Below are positions 1 to 9,518 of a DNA stretch of 64,000 nucleotides, piece by piece; the stretch's first letter is position 1, and every line of letters starts with the position of its first letter. This stretch comes from Promethearchaeota archaeon (GTDB lineage: Archaea > Asgardarchaeota > Lokiarchaeia > Sigyniarchaeales > SOKP01): assembly GCA_019058445.1 (NCBI GenBank), contig JAHPZA010000010.1, positions 384,001 through 448,000 on the forward strand, given 5' to 3'. The notes beneath the pieces were generated by a model that had not been told where the DNA came from, ran no database searches, and saw nothing but the letters and a program-made list of their open reading frames with translations. The position numbers and the translations under genes are program-made.

Positions 1-102
1 GATGAGATAAAGAAAAGAGAAGATGAACAAAAGGCCAAGGAACGTGAAGAATTTGACGAAATTGCTAGAATGCTTCGAGACCTTAAAAAAAAGGAGAAGT
101 AA
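1..102 (+). CDS. 3' end of a gene truncated by the window edge (charged helical C-terminus)
   Basis: Frame 1 reads DEIKKREDEQKAKEREEFDEIARMLRDLKKKEK then TAA at 100-102. Confidence 0.7.
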   Translation, partial: DEIKKREDEQKAKEREEFDEIARMLRDLKKKEK

Positions 103-297
103 TCCTATCGTTCTTATTTTACATTGTATATTTATATTTTAAGTAAGGTAAAATTCTTAAGAATTTAAAACCTCCAAATTATTCATGAATAAATTAGAGA
201 TGATTGAAAATTCTTCAAGATTAAGTGGTAAAAATCTAACTTAAAATTTTATAAATTGATTTTAATATTATAATAAAAAACAATTTACTATCAAAAA

Positions 298-1884
298 ATG
301 ACATTAGAAAAAAAGGATGAGATTCTAAAATCTCGGATGTTTGCCAGACAACAGTTAATTGATGGTTGGGATCAATCGATAATAGATAATGCATGTATCT
401 TGATAATAGGCATAGGTGCACTTGGTTGTGAAATTGCAAAGGATTTTGCGTTGATGGGTATAGGAAAACTTATCTTAGTTGATTTGGATTTAATAGAAAC
501 TTCTAACTTATCTAGACAAATGCTATTTAGACCTGGAGATGAAGGACGCCCAAAAGCAGAAGTCGCCGCAGAACGTTTGAAAGAAATGAATCCATATTTA
601 AAAGTTGACTTCTATTTCGAAAAACTTCAAAAATTACCGATGTCCGTATATGAGGAATCAGATGTAGTTGTTGCCGCACTAGATAATTTCAATGCAAGGT
701 TAGATCTAAATAAAATATGTCTCCGATTAAAAAAGCCCATGATTGAGGGCGGAACAGTAGGATTTGAGGGTCATGTACAAATTGTTATTCCAGAGGGCTC
801 CGGATTAGAATATAAAACTAAAGAGGTTGAAATTGATAAATTAGTCGAAACAAAATTATGGGAACTTAGTAAAGATGAATATCCTAAATATTTTCAAGCT
901 ATGGAAAGAATTGAGAAATTAGAACACCTTATTGAGCAAATTAATGAGACAATGATTGATCCAATTAAAGCAAAAATTAGAGCACAAATAGAGGCAGAAT
1001 TTAATGAAAAATATGCTTCAGAGGTTTTAGATCAAACAGCCTGTTATAGATGCTTAGTACCTATTCCTCCTGCTGATGATAAATTGGTTGCTGCTTGTAC
1101 ACTCAAAGGGATCCCAAGAAATAGAAATCATTGTGTTATTAAGGCAGAAGTAGATTTTGAAAAAATGTATGGTCATAAACCTGACCTAAATAAAGATGAC
1201 GAAGTTATTAAATTAAAAGAAATTGCTCAAGAAGAATTGGAAAAATTAAGACGAAGGATATTTAATGAAAACGTCCCTCCTGAAAAGAGAGATTCTTTAA
1301 CCCAAGAAGAAATTGTAGATTGGCAAAACAATATTTTAGATACTTTTGGACCTGATTATAAGTTTGAAGAAATGGAAAATATCTTAGGAAATAAAATTGC
1401 GGCTATTCAAACAGTAAGTTCCGTAATTGCCAGTATCCAATCTCAAGAAGCATTAAAACTTTTATTTCGCGTTAAAGGTCGAAATATCGGCCCTCCAATG
1501 GATCCTCCTTATGTAAATTATAACGGAGTTTATGGGCAATTTGACCATTTAGATATTATAAAAAGAGACGAATGTCTTGCCTGTGGTAAAATAACAGGAG
1601 AAGAGAATGTAAATATTGTTGTTCCATTTGATGCCAATGTGGGATACATCTTTGAGGCAATGAAAATAAGCGGTTTTCCTTTAGATCCAGAACATTGGAT
1701 GATAACCAATCCCATGACTAAAGAAATTATTTGGAATCCCATGGTTGCCTCATTAAAAGACCCAAACTATAAATTAAAAGCCTTAAAAATTAATAGCAAT
1801 GATATAATCTCAATGACTCCTTTAGGAAAAGCAAGGGAAGACTTTGAAATACAAAAGTATAATGTCATTATAACCTATATGTAA
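298..1884 (+). CDS. Ubiquitin-like activating enzyme E1 (ThiF/UBA family, Uba2/Uba3-like catalytic subunit)
   Basis: GIGALG nucleotide loop, ETSNLSRQ and ALDN motifs; Zn pairs CYRC/CLAC; catalytic-Cys segment ACTLKGIPRNRNHC resembling Uba3 CTIASMPRLPEHC; C-terminal ~90 aa extension where Uba3 has its ubiquitin-fold domain. Confidence 0.9.
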   Translation: MTLEKKDEILKSRMFARQQLIDGWDQSIIDNACILIIGIGALGCEIAKDFALMGIGKLILVDLDLIETSNLSRQMLFRPGDEGRPKAEVAAERLKEMNPYLKVDFYFEKLQKLPMSVYEESDVVVAALDNFNARLDLNKICLRLKKPMIEGGTVGFEGHVQIVIPEGSGLEYKTKEVEIDKLVETKLWELSKDEYPKYFQAMERIEKLEHLIEQINETMIDPIKAKIRAQIEAEFNEKYASEVLDQTACYRCLVPIPPADDKLVAACTLKGIPRNRNHCVIKAEVDFEKMYGHKPDLNKDDEVIKLKEIAQEELEKLRRRIFNENVPPEKRDSLTQEEIVDWQNNILDTFGPDYKFEEMENILGNKIAAIQTVSSVIASIQSQEALKLLFRVKGRNIGPPMDPPYVNYNGVYGQFDHLDIIKRDECLACGKITGEENVNIVVPFDANVGYIFEAMKISGFPLDPEHWMITNPMTKEIIWNPMVASLKDPNYKLKALKINSNDIISMTPLGKAREDFEIQKYNVIITYM

Positions 1885-1889
1885 TATTT

Positions 1890-2504
1890 TTAAGACATGT
1901 CAATTTCTTGTCTCTTTTTTTTTACCATGTTTATAATCTCTTCTATTAAGTAAGATTCAACTCCCGCATTATTTCCAGTTTTGATATCTTTTAGTAAATC
2001 GCCAAAATAGATCATATCTTCGTTATCTACTCCAAAATATTCCATGATTTTTAGTAAACCATCTGGATTGGGCTTCCATTTTCTTATATCTTCTCTTCCG
2101 ACAATATAGTCAAAATTATCATAAATTTTTGCCATTTTTAATGAAGCTATTATAACTTTTCGTGTATTAAGAGAAAAAATAGCTAATTTTGTCTCTTTTG
2201 GTACTCCAAACACCTTTAAATTATTAATGAAATAAAGAGATTCATCAATTTCTTTGTTATCATTAATATTTCTCATCTCAAGATCTTCTAGAACCTTAAA
2301 AAAATTATTCAGTTCCCGCTCATCTTTTTTCTCTACGACATAATCTAGACAGCCAGAAATATGTTTAAATTCACATTTCTCTCCATAGATCTTAAAATAT
2401 CTATCGCTCAAAGCTTTTTTGATATGGTGCCAATCAGCTGCTAATTCGACGAGTGTTCCATCTAAATCAAAGACTAGAACTTTTTTTTTTTTAAATGAAA
2501 TCAT
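1890..2504 (-). CDS. HAD-superfamily phosphatase
   Basis: FDLDGTL motif I, KPNPDG, GD-x3-D motif IV. Confidence 0.9.
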   Translation of the reverse strand: MISFKKKKVLVFDLDGTLVELAADWHHIKKALSDRYFKIYGEKCEFKHISGCLDYVVEKKDERELNNFFKVLEDLEMRNINDNKEIDESLYFINNLKVFGVPKETKLAIFSLNTRKVIIASLKMAKIYDNFDYIVGREDIRKWKPNPDGLLKIMEYFGVDNEDMIYFGDLLKDIKTGNNAGVESYLIEEIINMVKKKRQEIDMS

Positions 2505-2566
2505 AATGCTTCTTAATTAGAATCTTAAATCAACTATACATAAAAGAAAAAGGAGTAGACTAAAAA

Positions 2567-3082
2567 TTAATCCATAGCATATTTTTGTGTCCACTGACGA
2601 GCTTTTGACTCAAACTTTTTAAGACTCCTAAAGTATTGCTCTCCAGCCTCGTGGTTTAGAGGATCACCCGGATTAAAGAATGGAGCTTCATAATGCATCA
2701 TGCCCTTCAAGGCTTCAACTATATTAGTAAGAGTCTTACTAGGAGTCCAACCACTCGCGCCTGTTGCAGCATCAACTTTACCAACCAAATCTGGATTAAT
2801 TAAATCTAAACATATATTTAACTTTCCTGGAGGGATTGAAGAATCAATATTAGGATGCCACATTAGCGTTACAGCATAAACGTAAGGAGGAGCGAAAGGA
2901 TAATTATCTGGAAATTTAATTTCAAAAATAAATTTACCTCCCGCATAGGGAGTTTTCGGTTTACCTATTATCGTTAACCTAAGGTGGTCAATGCTTCTAC
3001 CCCAAGGTTCAAGGATTATAAGTTCGTTATCTTTATAAGACTCTAGAGCTTCCGCGTAATCTGTTTCTTCACGCAAACGCAT
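2567..3082 (-). CDS. Ubiquitin-conjugating enzyme E2
   Basis: TPYAGG, FPDNYPFAPP, HPN triad, catalytic ICLD, WTP, DPLN. Confidence 0.95.
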   Translation of the reverse strand: MRLREETDYAEALESYKDNELIILEPWGRSIDHLRLTIIGKPKTPYAGGKFIFEIKFPDNYPFAPPYVYAVTLMWHPNIDSSIPPGKLNICLDLINPDLVGKVDAATGASGWTPSKTLTNIVEALKGMMHYEAPFFNPGDPLNHEAGEQYFRSLKKFESKARQWTQKYAMD

Positions 3083-3335
3083 ACACCTCTTATGTCTGAA
3101 TCTATTTTATTAATTTTGTTTAGTAATTCTTATAAAAATTAAATATATTACTTTATTATAAAGTTTTTCAATTACAAATAAAGTATTACTTATTTTTAGG
3201 ATTTTTCTAAAAAAGAAGAAATTTTTAAATACGAGACTTTAAACTAGTTCTGCATATTTTCATATAAGAATCGTAAAAAATATATTAATTCAACAATTTA
3301 AGAAATTAGTAAGATTTTATATAAAATAATATTAA

Positions 3336-3483
3336 CCCCCCTTAGCTCAGTTGGTTAGAGCGCGCGGCTGTAGATAATAATCGCGTACAAAGGCTTTTGC
3401 CGATGAATGTGCGTCAGCCAGCAGCCACCGTGAGGCAAGAAAATGCCCGGTATAGGTCCCCGGCTCAAATCCGGGAGGGGGGA
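3336..3483 (+). tRNA. tRNA-Tyr(GTA) with two introns (3374-3426 at 37/38; 3433-3453 at 43/44)
   Basis: Acceptor CCCCCCT/AGGGGGG plus A73 (C1:G72 Tyr identity); D arm GCTC/GAGC; anticodon stem CGCGG/CCGTG with GTA at 3370-3372; T arm CCCGG/CCGGG. Removing both inserts gives a normal cloverleaf. Confidence 0.9.
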
Positions 3484-3616
3484 CTTTTAATTTTTAATTT
3501 TTTAAGATTTAAATTAATTAGTTTAAATAATTATTTTCAATTCTAAACTGATTAAGTTCAAAAAATTATTATTTTACACGTCATTATACACTATTATAAA
3601 AATACGATCCAGTTAC

Positions 3617-4543
3617 ATGAAAAAGAAAAGAACTGCTGTAGTTGGCGCTGGTTGGTTCGGTCGAGCTCATATTCGAAATTTTCATGAGCAATCGAAGTTA
3701 GTAGGAATCTGTGATAATAACAAAGTGCAATTGGAAAGAATTCAAGATAATCACCAATATGATGAAGTCAATGTATATACTAATGTTGATGACTTAATCA
3801 AAAACGAAGAACTCGACGCTGCCAGCATCGTGACTCCTCCTAAAGATATCCCTCAAATTTCGAAGAAATTTGCCGATGCGGGTATTGACATTTTAATGGA
3901 AAAACCAATGGCATTAAATATTGAAGAATTAAAGATACTAAAAGAATATGAAGATAGTATTCGAATTATGCCGGGTTTTATAGAACTTTATAATCCAGTT
4001 TTTGAAAAGTTATTAAAATATTTACCTGAGATAGGAGAAATATTATCCATAACATCTAAGAGAGTTGGTTTATATCCAAGAAGAGATTGGCATATGGGTG
4101 TTATTTTGGATTTATCTATCCATGATATTTACCTTCAAGAAAAAGTTATGGGCAACAATAATATTTTAAATGCTGTAGGATTTAAAAAATGTTTTAAGGA
4201 TAACGTTCATGCAGATGCTGCATTCATTATTTTAGATTTTGGAAAAGCCATTGGAAATATTGAATCAAATTGGCTAACACCTTCCAAATTTAGAAGAATG
4301 TATGTCAATGGAGAGCTAGGAGGAATAATGATTGATTTTATTTCACAGAAAGCTAATTTACGTACTGGAATGGATTTACAGGGAGAATGGCCTGAAACTA
4401 AAGAAGTTTCATATACTCCTTTAAGATCCGATGAGCCTTTAAGGAGAGAAGTATATAATTTTTTATATGACAAAAAAACCTTAGTTAATTTGGATGATGG
4501 TATTCGAGCTTTAGATATTGCTCTTAAAATTGTAAATAATTAA
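3617..4543 (+). CDS. Gfo/Idh/MocA family oxidoreductase
   Basis: VVGAGWFG Rossmann motif, EKP, DLSIHD. Confidence 0.9.
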   Translation: MKKKRTAVVGAGWFGRAHIRNFHEQSKLVGICDNNKVQLERIQDNHQYDEVNVYTNVDDLIKNEELDAASIVTPPKDIPQISKKFADAGIDILMEKPMALNIEELKILKEYEDSIRIMPGFIELYNPVFEKLLKYLPEIGEILSITSKRVGLYPRRDWHMGVILDLSIHDIYLQEKVMGNNNILNAVGFKKCFKDNVHADAAFIILDFGKAIGNIESNWLTPSKFRRMYVNGELGGIMIDFISQKANLRTGMDLQGEWPETKEVSYTPLRSDEPLRREVYNFLYDKKTLVNLDDGIRALDIALKIVNN

Positions 4544-4567
4544 TAAGATGAGGAATGTGTTGAAAAA

Positions 4568-4984
4568 ATGAGTGAAAAAGAAGAACATGAATTAGATAAA
4601 ATTCGGATGAAAAAATTAAAAGCATTAATGGATGCGCAAAAGAGAAATCAAGCATCTCAAGAAAAGGTTACAAGTATTTGGGAGAAAGTGGATTACATTT
4701 TAAGAGCTGTAATGATGCCTGATGCTTACACCTATTTGAATTATTTAAAAACTAATGAACCTCAAATTTACCAACAGATCATCAATGAATTAATAACTCC
4801 TGACGTAATTCAAAATTTAGAGTACCTTTTAGCAGCTATTGCTCAATCAGGTGGTGTTCCAAGGAGGATTCCTAAAGACGTTATCGTTTTTTTAGAAAGG
4901 AAGGCTAAAGGTATTAAAAGTAAAATTCAAGTAAAACAAGGAGACGGTGATATGATGGATTTAGGATCTTATTTGAGCAAATAA
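4568..4984 (+). CDS. PDCD5-like (dsDNA-binding) protein
   Basis: ELDKIRMKKL N-terminal helix and ILRAVMMPDAY, typical of the PDCD5 family. Confidence 0.6.
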   Translation: MSEKEEHELDKIRMKKLKALMDAQKRNQASQEKVTSIWEKVDYILRAVMMPDAYTYLNYLKTNEPQIYQQIINELITPDVIQNLEYLLAAIAQSGGVPRRIPKDVIVFLERKAKGIKSKIQVKQGDGDMMDLGSYLSK

Positions 4985-5112
4985 TAAAGATTAATTAAAA
5001 GATTCAAAAGCAAACATTATTATAGAAAGCATTCTAATTTTTATTTTTCCTATATTGCTTTAATTGAATTTATTCAGCTTCATAGATTAAGTAAAAAGAG
5101 AATATAGTTTTT

Positions 5113-6117
5113 ATGACTTCAAAACCAAAGAAAAAGAAGGATTTTATTTCGACTCAGGATTGGAGCAGAAAAGATTTAGATAAATTACTTCAAATAACCA
5201 AAGACATAAAGGCCCATCCAGAAAAATATAGAAACACTTTAAAAGGCAAATCGCTTTGTATGTTTTTTTATAATCCTTCGACGAGAACAAGGAATTCCAC
5301 AGAAGTTGCGGCATATCAATTAGGAATACATCCTACCTTCAACAGTATAAAAGATGCTTGGATAGGATATCAGTCCGAGTCTGTAAAAGATACTGCAAAA
5401 GTTTTATCAAGGTATTATGATGCGATAGGAATACGGTTATTTCCCGTTTCAGTAAATTGGATTTATAAAGAGGGAAATCGGATTCTACGTGAATTTGCGG
5501 AGTATTCTGATGCGCCGATCATTAATTTTGAAGATGACCAATTTCATCCACTTCAAGCTTTAACAGATATTTTTTCAATTAAGGAGAAATTGGGTGAGCC
5601 AAGAGGAAAAAAAATAGTGATATCTTGGGCATACCATTCTAAACCTTTACCAGTAAGTGTTCCAAACTCAATTTTATTAATTTCGTCCAGATTTGGAATG
5701 GATGTTACTTTAGCTCATCCTAAAGAATACCATTTAGATGAGAACATAATTAATATTGCTAAAAAAAATGCAAATGAATCTGGAGGTTCCCTAACTATTT
5801 CTAATGATATTAAAGAATCTTATAGTAATGCAGATGTAGTTTATGTAAAAAGTTGGGGGGCTTTGGGATCTTATGGAAACGCCAAAGAAGAAAAACAATT
5901 AAGGATACCCTATAGAGATATTTGGAGAATTAAAAGTGAATATTTGGATTTTACTGATCAGAAATCGATTTTTATGCATTGCCTTCCTATCAGACGAAAT
6001 ATTGTCGCGGATGATGCAGTAATTGATGGTAAGCACTCAATCGTCTACGATCAAGCAGAAAATAGATTATATACAGTTAAAGCTCTTCTTTATAATTTAT
6101 TAGGAGAAATTGATTAA
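5113..6117 (+). CDS. argF': N-acetylornithine carbamoyltransferase-type transcarbamylase
   Basis: STRTR, HPLQAL and HCLP motifs, plus the AOTCase-type loop SWAYHSKPLPVSVPNS and KSWG. Confidence 0.8.
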   Translation: MTSKPKKKKDFISTQDWSRKDLDKLLQITKDIKAHPEKYRNTLKGKSLCMFFYNPSTRTRNSTEVAAYQLGIHPTFNSIKDAWIGYQSESVKDTAKVLSRYYDAIGIRLFPVSVNWIYKEGNRILREFAEYSDAPIINFEDDQFHPLQALTDIFSIKEKLGEPRGKKIVISWAYHSKPLPVSVPNSILLISSRFGMDVTLAHPKEYHLDENIINIAKKNANESGGSLTISNDIKESYSNADVVYVKSWGALGSYGNAKEEKQLRIPYRDIWRIKSEYLDFTDQKSIFMHCLPIRRNIVADDAVIDGKHSIVYDQAENRLYTVKALLYNLLGEID

Positions 6118-6140
6118 AGAATTAGTAATTTTTTAACAAA

Positions 6141-6695
6141 TTATTGTTCTCTACCTGAAATAATAGCAATAACTTCCCATTCACCACTTAAAAGTTGATT
6201 TGCATCAATACTTGAGAATTGAAAGGCAAATGGGCGTTGGAAAATCTTTTCAACCATCGGACCGAAAGAACTAATAGCAAAAATGAATATTCTTTTTAAT
6301 ACATTTTCAAGTTTTTCAGTGCTATTTAATTCTTGCATGATTTCTTCTATTACTCTAATTTCTTTCAAACTATATTGATATTTATAGATTAATTTAAAAT
6401 CTACGGGAGTCGGAGCTTCAGGATCTTCATATGTTAATCCTCTTTTCCTAAATGGAAACATAGTATTTAAATAAAAATCAAAGATCTCCTTATGATGATC
6501 TTTTAAAAGATGAGATATCCTAGAACGAGCGCTATATTCTGGCCAGTATTTATTCATCAGTTCCAAGAGGCGAGGGTAATTTTTATATTTATTTTCACTG
6601 TCCCTTTGTAAGGATATTAGTAATTGATTTTTTATCGGTTTAAAATCAGTATCTTTTCCTATCCTTCTGATAAAGTTTTTGAAGGTGATTGACAT
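6141..6695 (-). CDS. Hypothetical protein
   Basis: 184-aa ORF with normal composition and no recognised motif. Confidence 0.65.
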   Translation of the reverse strand: MSITFKNFIRRIGKDTDFKPIKNQLLISLQRDSENKYKNYPRLLELMNKYWPEYSARSRISHLLKDHHKEIFDFYLNTMFPFRKRGLTYEDPEAPTPVDFKLIYKYQYSLKEIRVIEEIMQELNSTEKLENVLKRIFIFAISSFGPMVEKIFQRPFAFQFSSIDANQLLSGEWEVIAIISGREQ

Positions 6696-6912
6696 AGTAT
6701 TAAGAGTGAAAGAAGTTATGGTTTAACTTTTTTTTAAAATCTATAATTGTTTATATAATATTTGGATAATATAAGTTTTCTTATTTATTCCTTCTGTTTT
6801 ACGGAGTTTCTCAACATTCTTGGAAGATTATATTTTAAAATAGAATAAATTATTTAAAATAAAAATCTTGTTTAATTAATTATTACATAACTAATCTTCT
6901 GCATTTCTGATC

Positions 6913-8109
6913 ATGGGTAGTAAAAAAGTCGGATTAATATATACCAATGAATACCAGCAATATAATTTTGGAGAACAACACCCGCTAAGACCGCTTAGAA
7001 TTAAACTTACGTATAGTTTAATGGAAAAGATAGGGCTCTTAAATAACGAAAGTCTTGCAATTATCGAACCACGGATGTGTACGAGAGAAGAATTGGAAAT
7101 GGTACATTCCACAGATTATATAGAAGCTGTAAAAAAATTAAGCGACGATCCCAAGAATAAGGAAATTTTACCTTATAAATATGGCTTAGGACCAGGAGAT
7201 AATCCTATTTTCAAAGGGATGTATGAAGCGTCCTCATTAGTTTGTGGAGCTAGTCTAGTTGCCGCCGATATAGTATGGAAAGAAAATGATTTTCGTTTTA
7301 CCTTTAATCCTGCAGGAGGACTTCATCATGCCATGAAAGATAAAGCTTCGGGTTTTTGTATTTTTAATGATATTGCTGTTGCCATTAAACATCTTCAAAA
7401 ATTAGATAAAAATATTAGAATTGCATATTTAGATATTGATTGTCATCATGGAGATGGCGTTCAATGGCTTTTTTATGATGATCCAAATGTTTTAACGATT
7501 TCTTTGCATCAAAGTGGGAAATTTCTGTTTCCAGGAACTGGGGATACTAAAGAGAGAGGTGATAGTGAGGGTGAGGGGTTTGCAATTAATTTTCCTTTAT
7601 TGCCGGGCACCAGTAATAAGATGTATTTGAAATTATTTAGAAGATGCGTACCAAGAATACTTGAAGCATATAATCCTGATATTCTTCTTACACAACTTGG
7701 AGTGGATACTCATTTTAATGATCCATTAACCCAATTGGGGCTCTCTATCTCCATTTATCGGGATTTAGGGCAAACAATGGAAACATGCGCCACAGATTAT
7801 TGTAATAATAGATGGCTTGCTTTTGGCGGTGGAGGTTATTCTATGACAGTAGTTCCCAGAGCTTGGACTATATTCTTATCAAAAATGCTTCATATTGATT
7901 TAGAAAACAAATTGCCTGAGAGTTGGATAAGAGAAGTAAAGCAAAATGTCCCTTATGAAGAGGTACCCTACTTATTATGGGATAGAAACGATAAAATCGA
8001 GGTACAACTCCTATCTCATCCCGAAATCGCCAAAAAAATGATCGATTACAATAAACAGCTAATCGAGTTATGTGAAGAAAAATACATTCCAGCCTTAAGT
8101 AAAATATAA
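6913..8109 (+). CDS. acuC: AcuC / histone-deacetylase family protein
   Basis: HPLRPLR, GGLHHA, SGFCIFND, DIDCHHGDG, FPGTG, GGGGY. Confidence 0.9.
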   Translation: MGSKKVGLIYTNEYQQYNFGEQHPLRPLRIKLTYSLMEKIGLLNNESLAIIEPRMCTREELEMVHSTDYIEAVKKLSDDPKNKEILPYKYGLGPGDNPIFKGMYEASSLVCGASLVAADIVWKENDFRFTFNPAGGLHHAMKDKASGFCIFNDIAVAIKHLQKLDKNIRIAYLDIDCHHGDGVQWLFYDDPNVLTISLHQSGKFLFPGTGDTKERGDSEGEGFAINFPLLPGTSNKMYLKLFRRCVPRILEAYNPDILLTQLGVDTHFNDPLTQLGLSISIYRDLGQTMETCATDYCNNRWLAFGGGGYSMTVVPRAWTIFLSKMLHIDLENKLPESWIREVKQNVPYEEVPYLLWDRNDKIEVQLLSHPEIAKKMIDYNKQLIELCEEKYIPALSKI

Positions 8110-8141
8110 TCTCTCATTAAAATTAAATTAAAAAAAAAAGT

Positions 8142-9518
8142 TTAATTTGTTTTAAAAACTACTTTTCGCTTTATATGTGTTATTAGCAGGATAATTCCTA
8201 AAACCATGAAAAGTATGTAATAATTACCAAATGGTATGACTCCAGAATCGCTAGATCCTCCATTTCCCCCTCCATCACTTCCGCCATTAGAAACAATTAT
8301 TTGAGGTAAACCACGAGTTAATAGAAAAAGATTATGTTCATTGGGAACTTGGTCAGTATCCGTACATCCAGTAACAATATACTCACCATCCGATGAAATT
8401 GCTAATTGATTATAATCTAGCAGACCTCGTATCGGATAACTCCATAACGATGAAGAGTGAGATTTATGAAATAAATAGACTTTTTTATTCTCGTTTCCGC
8501 TCCCTGCTATTATATAATTACCATCAGCTGAAATTTTCACAACACTGGCTGCTTCGATGGTGGCTTCCCATAGGTTATTCCAAGTAGGACTGGAAATAGA
8601 TTTATTAAATAACCGAACTCGCCAATTTCCACATGCGACAAAGTAATCTCCGTTAAATGAAATTGATAGAGTTGCGATAAAATCATCCGTATCCAATGTA
8701 TGTGGCCATAGAAGAGGACTTACGTTATTCGTTGTATTAAATATATGTATTTTGTTTACTTCGGAAACCATATTTGTAATATGAGCTATAACAAACTGCC
8801 CATCTGCTGAAATTTCTACAGATACAGGTACAAAACCGGATTCTTGATATGTCCACATAGGTGTTGAGCTGGACTTTTGAAATGCATATATGGTATCTCC
8901 AGACCATCTACAAATTGCGACCATGTAATTACCGTCAGATGATATTGATATATCATTTATATCTCCCTCAGTTGGACTAGTACTCCACAAATAGGGATTT
9001 GCGTTATTTGTGCCATTAAATAGGTATACTCTATTATCAGAGCATCCAGCAACTACATAGCTACCATTAGCCGAAATTGCAACTGATCGAAATGATTGCC
9101 CACCCACAGGATAACTCCATAAAAAAGGACTAGCTATATTTGTTATATTAAACATATAGATATTCGCTGCCGCCACAGCGATATAGCACTCATCTAATGA
9201 AATTGCAACTTCATAGACATTACCACCTACATCATAGAACCATAATGGGGTAGAGCTTGATTTATTGAAACAGTAGATTCTATTATCATCACATCCAGCT
9301 GCGATGAATGTTCCATTTGAGGATATTGCCACGCTTCTTATGTTTTCTGGCATCTCACGATTCCATACAAGAGGAGTATTTGAAATGCTAGGTACTTTTA
9401 ATTCCGAATAATCATTTCTTCCAACGAGTCGAGTATTTGTGAAAGAGATTTCATTTAAAGCGAATAGTAAAATCAATAAAACAAAGATAAAATTAATTGA
9501 TTTATTCTTTTTAGTCAT
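8142..9518 (-). CDS. Secreted WD40/PQQ-like beta-propeller surface protein with C-terminal Loki-type membrane anchor
   Basis: N-terminal signal/TM segment; ~8 repeats of PLW-x-Y...VAIS-x-DG-x-YI; Gly/Ser linker, then IPFGNYY-TM-KRK tail. Confidence 0.85.
   Translation of the reverse strand: MTKKNKSINFIFVLLILLFALNEISFTNTRLVGRNDYSELKVPSISNTPLVWNREMPENIRSVAISSNGTFIAAGCDDNRIYCFNKSSSTPLWFYDVGGNVYEVAISLDECYIAVAAANIYMFNITNIASPFLWSYPVGGQSFRSVAISANGSYVVAGCSDNRVYLFNGTNNANPYLWSTSPTEGDINDISISSDGNYMVAICRWSGDTIYAFQKSSSTPMWTYQESGFVPVSVEISADGQFVIAHITNMVSEVNKIHIFNTTNNVSPLLWPHTLDTDDFIATLSISFNGDYFVACGNWRVRLFNKSISSPTWNNLWEATIEAASVVKISADGNYIIAGSGNENKKVYLFHKSHSSSLWSYPIRGLLDYNQLAISSDGEYIVTGCTDTDQVPNEHNLFLLTRGLPQIIVSNGGSDGGGNGGSSDSGVIPFGNYYILFMVLGIILLITHIKRKVVFKTN

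Noticed and set aside
3374-3426. tRNA intron 1 as a C/D-box guide RNA or K-turn
   Set aside because: It has a C-box-like CGATGA but no CTGA D box, and the internal loop lacks tandem GA pairs
3455-3483. tRNA 3' end as an attachment site for an integrated element
   Set aside because: No duplicate of the tRNA 3' end was noticed in the window, and the flanking genes are housekeeping
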